From positions 1 to 64,000 of the forward strand of contig MU005991.1 of NCBI GenBank assembly GCA_010093745.1: a stretch of 64,000 nt of DNA. The letters run 5' to 3'. The notes beneath the pieces were generated by a model, which worked only from the letters and a program-made list of their open reading frames with translations, was not told the origin of the DNA and did no database searches. The stretch's first letter is position 1. Each line of letters opens with the position of its first letter. Position numbers and translations under genes: made by a program. This stretch comes from Piedraia hortae CBS 480.64. Lineage: Eukaryota. Below are positions 47,763 to 60,639 of this stretch, piece after piece.

Positions 47763-49284
47763 CTAGGAGCCATTGCCGGGGCTCCCGTCAGAGTTCATAT
47801 CAAAGTCCAATGCCAGCTGTGCCCATTCCTCTTTCGCTTGATCCAGCAAGCGGAAATTGTCAAAGATGTATCCTGCCCGAGTTTCAGAAATGAGCAGACA
47901 CTCCTTGCGACCATCCAACCTATCCTCGTACCAGAAGACGAATAGGGAGCAACCATACCTGGCGAGACTTTCAGCTGTCTTGCGCGTGCTGCGCTTGATG
48001 GCTTCCATATATTGACTCGACTCCTCTTGGCTAAAGAGGTAAAGAAACTTGGGGAATTTGGCCACAACATCAGAAAGTGTGGGAATGGTTGCGGAGAGTG
48101 CGGTGAGAATGTTTAGCTCATCGCGCATGCCCTGATTAGGGACCAATATGCTGCCACCGTCGAGGAAGAGCGTGTCCTCGAACCCCCTGAGAGTCATGCG
48201 TTTCAATTTCGGCGGCGGGGGGCACCCGCGAAGGAAGATTGCGTCGAGGAATTGCGGGTCGTTGTTATTCTGAGCTCTTCGAGCTCGGTGAATGTATCCA
48301 GACTTTTCAGAGTAGGCTGAAGCTTGTGGATATACACCTGTTCCTGCGGATTATACTGTAGAGCCTTGAGAGAAGATTTCTGCTGGCCAAGAATTGTGAA
48401 GAACCTGTGTAGATCTCCCCACATCAGATCATTGTATGGCTGCGTAGTATGTGTGATGTCTTCGGCGTCCGAAATATCCTCTGGATGCGATTGATCTTCT
48501 CCTTTTCCGTGCATTAGAATTTATACCCATGCCATGTATATTATTTCTCTTGCTTAGCACGAGAGTCTCGAGCGCGCGCGGGAACGACAGAATAGCTTTT
48601 AGAGCTTTGTAGCTGATATTTGCCTCTTCCAGCTTAAGATGCTTTAGCGGCGTTTTGATGGGTACCAGGGCGTCGCAGCAATTGTCTGACAGAATTGCAT
48701 TTACGATCTCTAAACGCTCTAGCGTTGCGTGGGTGAAAAGAGCAGCGTGCCAGTCTTGCAAGGTAAAATAGGCACCATCGCTACCACTCAGATGCAAAGT
48801 AAGGTCAGTGAGGGTAAAGAGCGGCTGTTCCTTGAGGAATCGTGGACAATGGCCGAGGAGTAAAGTGGAGCTTATCAAAGGTGCGAACAGGAAGTAAGGG
48901 TCGCAGCCAATTGACTGGAGCTCCATCATAGGAATGTCCAAGATAATGGTCAATATACGGGCTCGTGATGGTGAGGCATTTCAGCCTTGGCGTTCATGCC
49001 AGTAGTTCTCTCAGAAGGGCAAAATTGTTGCAGCCATCAATCTTCAAGCGAGCTTCGATCGACTTGATAGCGCTCTTTCGAGCGGGACGGGCTTGGAGTG
49101 CCTTCAGCAATGCATTAAGTTGCGCCGTAGTCGTTAACGAAATTGACTGGTAAGTCGTGGGTTCCGCAACTTCCTGGAAACGCTTGCAGGTGAGAAAGAG
49201 ATTTCTCAATGTCTTGTCGTTGTGTATGTATTTGGTAATATGCAGGGGTAATTCATTGGGTCGTGCCACCAGTATTGCGGCCAT
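47763..49284 (-). pseudogene. F-box pseudogene, paralog of 26443-27998
   Basis: Shared strings APLISSTLL, EQPLFTLT.LTLHLSG, KTPLK.L and ILSFPRALE. TGA at 48994, frameshifts near 48895 and about 48210. Confidence 0.85.
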
Positions 49285-50244
49285 TGTTGGTGGAACTAAT
49301 GCGTTAAGCAGAAAAGGTTCAGGCGGCAATGCTCGTTAAGCGGCGTCTCGGCGCTATGACTGGAAACTGGTCGCCTGGTGACATGATTGGCAAACCAAGT
49401 TGCGGACCTCACAGGTTTTGGAAAGTTAATGTGTATGGCAGCTTGAAAAGCAATTGTGCACTAGGAAAACAATACTGTGCCCGCGCAAACGCACATGGAT
49501 AGCTGAAGCGGGGCTTGGAACATGTATCGCCGCCTTGCGCCATGATTGGCTACTGAATTGCACGCTAGCCGCCTAAACTTGTGATTGGCCGACAACACAC
49601 TTTGCAGACAATCGTCGACTCGACTCGATGCATTATAGCTATATACCCTTTGTGTGGTTTCCAAGGACTGTACAGCCTCTTATCGGCTTATTGAAGTACT
49701 TGAATTACGATGGACTTGAGCTCCTCTTCTAGAACCTTGGGAAGACGGGCTGATATCAGACCGTGAACCCGCCAGTACACCAAATGAGAAATCGGCGCAG
49801 AGAGATGATCTCAAAGACCAGAAAGCACAAAGGATGATCTCTATCTAGGGACGCCTCCACGCCTATCAACCGCTATCTATGGCAAGAGGCGTCGACTCCG
49901 ATAAAGCAGTGCTGTCTCATGTTTGGAGTCATGTCCGGAGACAAGCTGTTGAACACCTCCCCGTGAAGCTGAGCAGTTACAAACCCCCTGCCAAGCTACC
50001 CCAATGCGGATGATCGGCCGCACTCGCCGACGTCGCTATGCACGCACAAATGCAAGGGGTAGAGTGCCCGTGACTGATCGTCTCTGAAGCGTCCAAATTT
50101 TCGCGCTCGCGAAGGGATATCATGTCATTTCCAAAGACGTTGAAGAAATCAATAGTCATGAATGTCCATACAACTACAAGTTAGAACTTGCTCACAAATA
50201 TCTCAAGTTCCTCCACCTGCCTCATCCACTTCCAAAGTGTAATC

Positions 50245-51792
50245 TCATTGAGACTTTAATCTCAATCCGTGCTTGAGCGTGCGCTTCCAAAGTACTGATA
50301 GGTAGTCACGGGCTCCAGGCTTTCGGCCAGGGTTCCCAAACATTTCCTTCCGCCACGCCTCTGTAACTGTCATCCTGAAGGGCCCGGGTTTGCCAAAAAG
50401 TGGAAATTTTGGGGGGTCCACTGGGTGTCCCCGCATGAATGTTTCCCAGTCGTTTTCGAAGTGCGCAATCACTGGGATGTAGCTTTCACTAAGATTGTCG
50501 AATGCTAGGTGGGCAAGGCGACGAATCCAACGTCCTCTCTCATATGCTTCGTCGTGGTAATCTTCCTTGGTGTAATTCCCGTAGATGTCCCCAAGTCCTA
50601 GGATTAATCGCTCTTCAAAGTGGTTGCGAATTTGCTGGTCGTCGGGCGAAAACCTTTCGTTTCCAGCGTCCTATCGCGAAGGATCAAGAAGGTCAATGTC
50701 CCGGCTAACGGCGAAGTCGCTTCTAACATTGGGCATCCTATAGATATCTTCCCGGTCCCATAACCAAAAGGGAGGCCGCCGCGTAAGTACCGCAGGTACA
50801 GCTTGCACATGATCCCAATCAATGACCATATCAATCTTCCACTCCTGCTGAGGGCCCGATTTAGCGACCATGATGTTTCTCGGAAACAAATCCCATTGGT
50901 GCAATATGCTGCGCGAAGTCGATACATTGTCCTTGTGTCGAAGATTAAAGATGCCATGTTGTTTCATCTCATTGCTAATTTTGCAAACATTCGCCAGTAA
51001 GCGGCTGCCCGTATCACGGTCTTCCCCCTCGAATCTGGCTTTTAGCATGCTGGGCAGGTAATCTCCCAACGAATCTTCCATATCGACGTTTCCAGGCACC
51101 CAAAACTCCTGTATGTAACGCTCGAACTTGGGCAAGCCGATATCGAGAAAAAGCGAGCCCTTGATAGCCATGCCAGGCTCATGAGATGAAGTTATTATTC
51201 CAGTAAGAGGGAACGTAACGAGTTCCATGATGAGCAGGAATTCCACTATTCCGTCGACGACATTTAGTTTCTCGGGTAGAGTCATACTGTCGTAAATATC
51301 ATGAAGGCGACAACCGGACGAGAGGCTGGTCAAGATGTAGCGACAGTTCAAGGGGTTTCCCCTGCTTGCATCAAAGGCGAGGAGACGGGGCGCAGGAATG
51401 CTGCGCCTTGCCAGCAGCTGCAGCACCGTCACTTGATCCTGAATATCGTGGCCAAGAATCTTCTCTCTTGCGTCCAATTGTGGCTTCTCATCTGCCCGCG
51501 ATATGCGGTAAACTCCCTCAATTTTCTGACCACGTGCTCTCAGATGGGCAACAACCACTCGGTTAAAGGTCCCTCCCTTGCGATGCTCCAGCAATATGCT
51601 CTCGAAGTTCCCAATGCTCTCGGTCAGTGCTTGCACCTTGGGCTGGAATGTCGCGTAAGGTTCGTAATTGGGCCTGTACCGATCTGTAGAGCGGGTCCTA
51701 CGAGGTCTGCGGACGGGAGCAGCTAGCTTGTCTGCATCAGACTTGTTCCGCGTGAGACTCCCTCTCAAGCGCTCTATGATATTCATGGCCAT
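50245..51792 (-). CDS. APH/choline-kinase-like phosphotransferase, copy 2; in-frame TAG at 50671-50673 then 141 open codons
   Basis: GGTFNRVV, IPAPRLLAFD, WDLFPRNIMV and IDWD. The frame is open from 50670 to TGA at 50245-50247 and includes ORF 50245-50472. Confidence 0.85.
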
Positions 51793-52534
51793 GTCAGTTA
51801 ATAAATCGCGGGGCTTTGTGAGAATCAGAGATGTTGATGAAGTCCGAAGTAAATCAACTAGGCTGGCAGGGATACCAAGGCAAGACCTGCTGGCAATAAC
51901 TCGTAGACGGTACTGCTCTCTTGAAATGTACGCCGGTGAACGTGAAGCTTCTCAATAAGATAACACTGGTTTGACGTCGAAAAGTAATAACTGTGAGGCT
52001 TTCACGGAAAGTTGTGATGTGTGCGGCGGCAGCCCCACATGCAGCTTCGTAAGGAAGGCGCATCCTTCGCATCATTTTGGCCCAAAGTAAACTGCAAGTC
52101 AGCAGCATTTAAGCATACATGTTTTCGATGCAATTCCTACATTTCACGCAGCGAAGAAAAACGTGACTGTCGAATTTATGAATAATCATATCGCTGTTGT
52201 TTCCTGCATATAGAGCAAGGTCATCTGATTACACAAAAAACATCTCCAAGTCCAGAGACCCTTTCCAGTATGCTCAATAGAAACAATCTCGATATTTGAC
52301 GTTGAGTAACGACACTTGGCCTGTCCCAGGGCTTGGAGGTCGGTAAGCCAAGCCAGCTCGCTTCCGCGTACACACGCGAACATTTGTCATGCAAACACCC
52401 AGTTCACATCATTTCAATAACGAAACCACCAGCCATGACGTAGGGCATTCATCTGGGCGACCCGCTTAACAGCTGACACCAAAACAACGTGAAGAAAAAA
52501 ACCGAGAAAACATTTACGCATTACAACCTCTCAA

Positions 52535-53873
52535 TCAAGCTCCTTCACTCCCAAACCCCTTTGTCCAAGCTTCATTCCTCTTGAGGTCCTCGCTACTAAC
52601 CGTCGGCCTTGACGCCTTGATAGCTTTGACAAAATCCTTGAGCTGTAACGGCGGTTCCAGTAGCTTATCACTGTCGACCTGTGTCCAGTCCATTTCCATC
52701 GCATCTTTATCCCCCGGAGAGCACGGGGTAAGCTTCTCCTGCCCATTAACCACAACCTGCGTAGTACATCAGCTGTGCCAACCCCAACCAAAAAACTCCA
52801 CAAACCTTTTTATAATGCGTCGCCATCTGTATTTTCCTTATAGGCTGCATAAGCGCATCCTGCACCGCAATCGTAATATCCGAGCCCGAATACCCCTCCG
52901 ACAACTTCGCCAGAGCCTTAAAATCTTCCGGTTTAAGCTCACACGGCGTGGTCCCCACCGCAAGTTCCAACATCCTCGTCCTGGCCGGCATATCCGGGAG
53001 GGAAATATGCACTCTCCTCTGAAACCGTCTCCTAATTGCCGCATCAAGCTGCCACGGAATATTCGTCGCCCCCAGGATCAACACACCCGTCGAATCCCTC
53101 CCCACCCCATCCATCTGCACCAACAACTCCGTCTTAATCCTCCTTGAAGCCTCCGATTCACCCTCCCCGCGCGGCCCACAAAGCGCATCAATCTCATCAA
53201 TGAACACAATACTCGGCTTATTCTCCCTCGCCATAGCAAACAACTGCTTAACCAACCTCTCACTCTCCCCCATCCACTTCGACACGAGATCCGACGACGA
53301 CACACTAAAAAAGGTGCTATTCGCCTCCGTCGCAACCGCCTTCGCCAGATAACTCTTCCCCGTCCCCGGTGGCCCATAGAGGAGTATCCCCTTCCAAGGC
53401 TGTCTCTTTCCCGCAAAAAGATGCGGAAACTTCACCGGCAAAATCACAGCCTCCTTTAAGGCCTCCTTCGCCCCTTCCAAACCCGCAACATCCTCCCACT
53501 TGATATTCGGCTTATCTGTCAAAATCGCCCCAGCCAGCGCGCCCCGGAGTTTCTTATTCTCTGCGTCGTCGTCTCCTTCATTACCCCCTGTCTTCCCTCC
53601 CACAGTAGCAGCAGCAGCAGCAGGAGTTTTCTTTTTGACATCCTGCTCATGGAGATGTTGTTTAAGTTTCTCCGCGCGCTCCATGTACTCTGCCGCTTTC
53701 TGGCGAATCATTTCTTTCGATTTGGCGTTTTTTTCCCATTTCAGGGCCAGCATAAAGAGTTCAAGGGCTTGGTAGTACAGCCGGTATGCGGAAGAGTAGT
53801 CGCCGGCCGTATCGTGTTCAATGGCTTTTTTGACTTGCTCAATCGCCCGGCCGAGGAAGTCAGTGTTGGACAT
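52535..53873 (-). CDS. VPS4: AAA ATPase Vps4 (intron 52757-52805)
   Basis: MIT domain, [30 protein letters not shown] and terminal FGSEG. Confidence 0.97.
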
Positions 53874-54079
53874 GTTTGCTGAGGAGAACTACACGCTTGC
53901 GCGTGGGTTGGGTGTTGGCGTCGTCGTTGCCGGGTTCGTCGAGACTTGCTTGATTGGGTTAGCAGGGGAGGAGTAGGGTTAGGGCAGAATGGAAATAGGT
54001 GGATAGGGTTAGGATGAGAGCGTCACATTGCATCACGTCAGGCAGTCAGAGATGAGCTGCCGACGATTTGAAGAGGACA

Positions 54080-54584
54080 ATGTCGCTACAAACAAAGTCG
54101 GAGGAATTTAACACTCTGCAGAATGGTATATAATGCTCCAGATTGAAGTGGCATGTGGTTGATGTATTTAGAACAGTCAAATCTCATTCAAGCGCGGTCC
54201 AAACTTGACAGTCAGAGACAGGAGAATCTTTCTGTGCAGAATGTACTCATACCAACAGAGATTTGTCTCAGCTATTCTGATTTTTGAAACTTTTTGCAGG
54301 AATTCAATGGATTAAACGAAGAAGCGAAGGTATTCAAGCTCGTCGGTCCGGTGCTGTTGAAGCAGGACTTGGACGAGGCGAAGACGACGGTTAGTGGACG
54401 GTTGGAGTTTATTGGGAATGAGATGTGTGTTCAACTATTTCTTTGGGGTGGGGTGCTGATGATTGATGGCAGAAAGAGAGTCGAGAGGGAGATTGAGGGG
54501 AATAAAGAGAAGAGTGAGACTCTGAGGGGCGAGATTATGAGTTTGCAGGCTCAGCAGCAGCAATATGAGGGTGGGACGGCCTGA
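54080..54584 (+). CDS. YKE2: Prefoldin subunit 6 (Yke2/Gim1), three short introns
   Basis: Spliced RSKLDSQRQEN..V..EF..VFKLVGPVLLKQDLDEAK.TV..RLEFI. Confidence 0.88.
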
Positions 54585-54639
54585 ACAGTAACGATGAAAC
54601 TATGCAGATGATGAGCTAAATTTTGTGAGGATGGGTACT

Positions 54640-55000
54640 TCCCCATCAACCCACAGACTCCAAACCTGATGGCAGCCTCCGATCGACTGATTTGGCAGGG
54701 CACTGCCTCTAGCAGCCTGCTAACAGCCCTACAGACAACCAGACCTTCTGATGCCGGTCCCTCCCATCGGCACAGGTCATTCCCAATGCCTGTATTGCTG
54801 GAGACTTCAACCTCCATCATGAAAGGTGGGAGCCAGGTGTCGCGCGCATACGAGGGTCTCACTTGGATGTATCTGCACAGCTTAACAACAATTCTTCTCA
54901 TCGGTAGGACATCAGATTGATCTCGTGTTCACCAACATATCTGGAGTTACAAAGGTTTGGAGCGACAAAATATGCTGCACCCTGCTCACCACGGACATAT
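54640..55000 (+). mobile_element. Non-LTR retrotransposon (LINE, Tad1-like) APE endonuclease fragment
   Basis: IAGDFNLHHERWEPG at about 54794-54838 and a frameshifted GHQIDLVFTN at about 54907-54936. Confidence 0.75.
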
Positions 55001-55319
55001 GTTTGGCAATCGCCATGTCTAACAACATGGTTACACTTTACTCGATTAACAACAGCAATGCAACTGTCGGAAACTCCTATCAATATCCATAACACCATGT
55101 CCGCATCTACTAAAACCCTCCCCCGTCCCTTCTAAAAATGCAGCGAATGCGAAAAAGTCAAGGAAATCGCGAATATCCCTTTCACAAAACTAGCAAGAGG
55201 AGGACAACCTGCAGCGCCCATGGTGTGCGAGCGCATCTACCTCCGATTGTCCTGGATAACTGGGACAATCTTCACGACACCTTTTTCGACTCAAAAAGAA
55301 GCCTCAAGTCAAGATATTC

Positions 55320-55381
55320 AGTCATCGGAGAATAATAGCCTGGAAGAAGTGGTATACCCTCCAATTGACTGCGTTGAGCTC

Positions 55382-55427
<46 letters not shown>

Positions 55428-55520
55428 TGGGCTGTACCAAATGCGGCTTCGTATGTAAACACTTGACAACTATTCAGGGTCGGCTGAGTTTGGCACCTGG
55501 CAACGTGCGCATTATAAGCG
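55320..55520 (+). pseudogene. Second DUF3505-like zinc-finger fragment, interrupted by T7-A35
   Basis: LEEVVYPPIDC..GCTKCGFVC..LAPGNV aligns with MEGLVFPPVDC..WSCNHCSFVC..VAPGNV at 29260-29480. Confidence 0.5.
55384..55425 (+). repeat. T7 followed by an A35 homopolymer
   Basis: Read directly. Confidence 0.95.
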
Positions 55521-56073
55521 CTTTTCCGGAACGAAACCTCTGATCCAGTCGATGTGCAAAGAACTTTTAGTTTGGAGGGTTTGCCTGTTGTTTTTTTCTC
55601 GCAGGCTCGGTTGAGAAGAACGCTGAACGCGTGTTATACCGCGATGCCTCCTGCAAATATGTCCATGACGGGACACTCGTTATTCGTTCAATTCTCAGTA
55701 TGATCGCTGGCAGTTCATCCGGCATGGCGGACAAGGACAACCATCTAAAGCCCCGCTTCATCGATTATGTCACCGAGGGGTTGTTTATGTTCAAGCCTCC
55801 TCCCAATTTCAGTTTAATTCGTCGAGTTGATCTGGAGCACGCCGATACCCAGTTGTCTTCGCCACGACTCATTTGGAAAGACAAGCATATCGTCAAATTA
55901 GTTTCATTTCCCAAATCAATAATACAATTAATCAAACTCGTAGCTCATCACCACACTTACCGCCATAGAAACCCATCGTAAGCCCTTGCAGTCCCCTCAG
56001 GCTCATCAAGACCCAAGGAATCCCCCCCAAAGCCCTTGTAGTCCCCTCATCACTCATCAACCAAACCCACCCC

Positions 56074-59000
56074 TCATACTCCCGCTCCCTCCCGAACTTC
56101 ATCCCGCCGATTAAAATCCCTATTTTCAACAGCCACGCTCCTCGTCTATCCCGTCAGTCCTGTCATCTTCTAAGATGTCAAAAAAACATACCATATGATT
56201 AACCTTCGACACACCAACCAACCTCGCAGCAAGCTCAAACATGTTATTCCGCAGCGAAATAACGATAAACTGCGCGTTTTTGGTGCGTTCTTTTATGTAA
56301 GCTGCTACGATTGATACCTGATCACGTTAGCCTAGGAGTTCCAAAAATTAAGCGGGTGGGTGGGTAAGAAGGGGGAGGGCGGGCTGTAGAAAGGTAAGGC
56401 GGTTGGCGAGCACTCGTTTAATGCGCACTCACTCACTTCCTCCCTCCCTCCAGCCCCAGCCCAACACACTCCCTCCCCGCCGGTGCTAAAACTCACATTC
56501 CTATAATCCAACGCCGCATCAATCTCATCCATGACATACACAGGCGTCGGCTTGAACAAATGCAGCGCAAAAACGAGCGCAAGCGAACTCAACGTCTTCT
56601 CACCGCCAGACAAATTCCCAATATTCTTCCACGACTTCTTGGGTGGCATGACGGAAAACAAAATTCCCTCCGCAAACGGATCAAGCGAATCAACGAGCTC
56701 CAACTCCGCATTCCCCCCCATCGTAATCATCTGATACATTTCCTTTAGTTTCAGCGAAATATGGCTGAACCCTGCCATGAAGCCTTCAAGACGAAGCCGA
56801 CGAAGGTCATCGAGACGACGCTTCGCAGTGTCTCGGGCGAGGAGGGCGGTGTTGAGGTCCGTGAGACGGGAGGTATGTTCGCTCACGCGGCGCTGGTATT
56901 CCGCTAGGACGGAAAGGTCGGTGGGGGAGGAAGAGAGGTGTTCTTCGAGGGTTGTGATCTCTAGTTTGAGGGAACTTTTGTTGAGGGAGGTTAATTCGTC
57001 TTTGGAAAGTTCGGGGACGGGGGATGGGAGGGAAGCTTCGCCAGTGGGGGCGTAGGTTTGTAGTGTTAACTTGGAGTGTTGGTCACGCCAGTGCGCTGAG
57101 CGCTTTGTGTTTTCGAGTAGGATGCGTTCAGATTCGGAGAGGCGGGTGCGAATTGAGAGGGTTGTGCTTCTTGCTTCGTTGAGGGAGGCGCGGAGGGTGT
57201 CGAGGGTTGATTTTAGGGCTGATAGTGAGGATTTTTTCTCTTCGAGGGTGAGAGCGGCTTCGTCGGCTTGGTCGCGAAAGTAGCGCGTGTTGGCGTTTTG
57301 CGAGGAGAGGTCGGATTCGATCTGGTCACGCTCGGAGGAGGATTTCTCCAGCTCCACTGTCGCTTCTGCCAAGGCCTTTTCGTGCTTGGACTTGGATTTT
57401 AGGGCTTTGGTTTTGGTCACTTCGGTGGTGCTGAGGCTTTCGGTAAGGGTGGCGATTTGTTCTTTCAGAGAATCGACTTTGCTCTTCTGTGACCGTAACT
57501 TGACACCGCCAACTTCCATGATCTTGTCTTGGAGTTGTTTGATTTCCTCTTCGACTCCACCGGTTTCGGATTGGAGCTGCGAAACTTCGCTTTGCAGCTT
57601 TTCGATTTTGCCCTCTAGCTTTTCCATTTCAGTCTTGTCGGTTTTGGAAGGCTGGGAAACGGCGCCGAGTTCTTGCATCCGTTTCTTGGCATCGGCAATG
57701 TTGCGTTCGATACTGTCCAGTTCCAGATCGGCTTTTTGGGTCCGCGTCTCGAGCTTGGGTTGCTGCTCTTGGAGTTCGTGCAGTTGAGTCTCCAACTCGC
57801 GTTTGCTCTCTTGCAGTTCATCCAATTGCTTCTCCAGAACATGACGATCTTCGTCCATTTTGACAACTTGCTCCCTTGTGACGTCTGAAGCAAGTTTAGC
57901 CGACATGCCTCCCTTGGCCACTTTGGTTCCTCCACCGCTCATTGTTCCCGACTTGTCAATAAGCTGACCGTCCAACGTAACCACACGCCACTTCTTTGCC
58001 CCGTATGCAATACGGTTAGCCTGTTCCAGGTTTTTGGCCACCAGGGTATTCTGCAAAATACTGTAAAAAGCCGGCAGGAATCGATCATGTCTGCTCTTGA
58101 TCAGATCAAACAGACGGGGCACATTCTCCGGCGTCTGAACAGCTGACAGATCCCGCTGAGGCAGCTTATCCAGCAAGATAAAATTTGCCCTCCCGAGATT
58201 GTTCTTCCGTAAGTACTCGATGCACTGCTGTCCAATCTCGACATTGTCAACCACCAAGTTGTCCAGCGAAGGACATGCCGTGGAGATAGCAACATCAAAC
58301 TTTTGATCAATAGTTCCTAGGTTGCCCAATCTGCCATGGAAACCCTCAATACGACCAGACTCTTTCAGCCGAGTAAGCCCCGAGAGAACAGCACCTTGAC
58401 TCTGCGCAGCAGCCAGACTAGCATGAGCTTCATCAGCCTTTTGTCTCGAATTAGACAATTTACTCTTCAACGCAGGTTCCTGAGCTGCGAGCATCTGAAT
58501 CTGTTTCTTCACAGACGCCGCATTCTTAGCGACAGCCACCAACTTCTTCTTCGACTCTTCAAGCTCAGCGGAGGTAGCTTTCCGTTGTTCAACCAGACCC
58601 TCGATCTTGGCTTGGACCTCCGCAACAGCAGTAGCACCAGCGTTTTCCCTCTCGCGGAGCATGTCTAGCTCGCTCTGCGCAACGGCAATAGCAGATTGCT
58701 TCTCACTTATCTTCGCATTCCACGGTTCAAGCTGTCTCTGCTTGGCGGCAATCTTATCACTGAAACCCTGCGTCTTCCCTTTGAGCCCCTCAACAATAAC
58801 ACCAAGCTGCCTGTCCTCAACCGCCATTTCCTTTTCCAACCCCTCAATCTCAGCCGTCAAGCGCACAAGATCATCACTCGCATTCTTAATCAACGTCTCC
58901 GACTCATGAATTCCAAACTTTGACGCCTCGAACGTCTTCTCCAACTTCTTGGCTTTATTTAGCAGAAATTTCTTCTTCTCCTCAAACTTGACCGTCTCCT

Positions 59001-60639
59001 TGTCGAGCCTAGCCATCTCTTTAAGCACAGAAGCCGTCTCCTTCTCCAGACTCTGATACTCCTTCGACCCGGCATCATACAACTTCTCAAGCCTCTCCAT
59101 CTCAGCCTCACTCCCACCATGCTTCTCCTCTTCCGCAACCAACTCCAGCTTAATCTGTTCAATTGCCTCAGTGGTAACCTGCATATTGTCCGCGCATTCA
59201 GCGATATACAGCTGGTATAGCGCAGACTGTTTAAGCACAAGTTCATTCTCATCGTGAATGTACTTTAATGCCGCGTCCTTCTTGCTCTCTAGACTCGCCT
59301 TTTCCTTTTCTACATGTTGGACGCGATTTAATTTCTCCTGACACACGTCATTGAGCGTCTCCGTCTCTGCTGCGGCTTCTTCGATGGGGGTTTTGTACTT
59401 CGACGTCCCGATAATGTCTTCTAGGTATTCTAGTAGACCGTCGTCGTGCTCGTTTGCGGCTTTGGGTTTCATCTGGGCAATGGATTCGACTTCTCCCTGT
59501 AGGATGAGGAAGCGCTTGTGGTCGAGGTCGATGCCACGGCCTTTGAGGAGGGTTGTGACGGTTGTGAAATCGGAGGTTTTGTCATTGATGTAGTATTTGC
59601 TGCTGTTGTTTTTGAATGCGCGGCGGGAGACGACGAGTTGGGAGTTGGGGACGGGTATGCTTTCGCCGTTGGGTTGGTCCATGACTTCTTGGAAGTGGAC
59701 TTCGACCTCACAGTGGTCTAGGTCGGGATATTGGGCGGAGTTATGGATGAGAGCGGAGATTTTGCCTTGGCGCATTTTGCTTGCGCGGAAGCCGAAGACG
59801 AAGAGGAGGGAGTCGATGACGTTGCTTTTGCCGGAGCCGTTGGGTCCGACTACGGAGGAGAAGGTGGCATGGAAGGGACCGATGACTTGCCTTCCAGCGT
59901 AGGATTTGAAGTTTGAGAGGACCAGGTGGGTTATGACTAGACGGGGTCTGTTTTCTGCTGGTTCTTGGGACTGCGGGATGCCCAATGCTTTGGTCCGGAC
60001 GACGATGTCCATTGGTCGTTCCATTTTTGTGGTTGTTGGATCGATTTTTTTGATTTCAGTCTTGACAATGGGTGAGCGAGCCCGCGGGGTTGGTATTCCA
60101 GCCTCGACAGCTGCCGTCTCTTCAATGGGAGGGGCGTCTTCCATTTCGACATCTTGGACTCCCGTCTGGACGTCCGTTGCGCCTACAGTAGTGTCTATCC
60201 TGACCTCCGTCATGACTGTAGCCTCCGTCTGATCCAGAACCTGCGTCTTCTCTACTCCAGTCTCTCCCTCCTCTGCCTTGCCATCCTCAGTGATTGTCGT
60301 CTCTTCAGCAGACGTCGATTGCGGCTGCTGCACTTCCTCCCTCCTCGCATTCCTCGCCAATCTCGCCGCTCTAGCCTCCTTCATCGTCCTCCTCTTAGGC
60401 GGAGCTTTCTTCTCCGGACTTTCAATCGCATGAGCCGGTTGACTGAAAATCTCTGGAGACTCAATCTTATCCGCAGCAGCAGTTGTCCTCGTTCGCCTGG
60501 TGGTATTCCTTGTTGTAGCTTTTCTCGGTGAGGATTTCACATCCTCCCTTTGGGTAGGAATTTCCGTCTCATCTTCGTCTTCAACAACTTTCCTCCGCGC
60601 CGCAACTCTCCTGGACGATCGAACTGGCGATGTTGGCAT
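56074..60639 (-). CDS. SMC4: Condensin subunit Smc4/Cut3 (introns 56318-56496 and about 56146-56191)
   Basis: NFKSYAG, VGPNGSGKSNVID, hinge GRLGNLG, LSGGEKTLSSLAL and MDEIDAALD. Spliced tail VSIVAAYIKERTKNAQFIVISLRNNMFEL. Confidence 0.97.

Noticed and set aside
45828..51792. Selenocysteine, pyrrolysine or an alternative genetic code as the explanation for the stop
   Set aside because: The codon is UAG rather than UGA, pyrrolysine is not known in eukaryotes, and other genes here (BTB protein, prenylcysteine oxidase, POM152) end normally at TAG.
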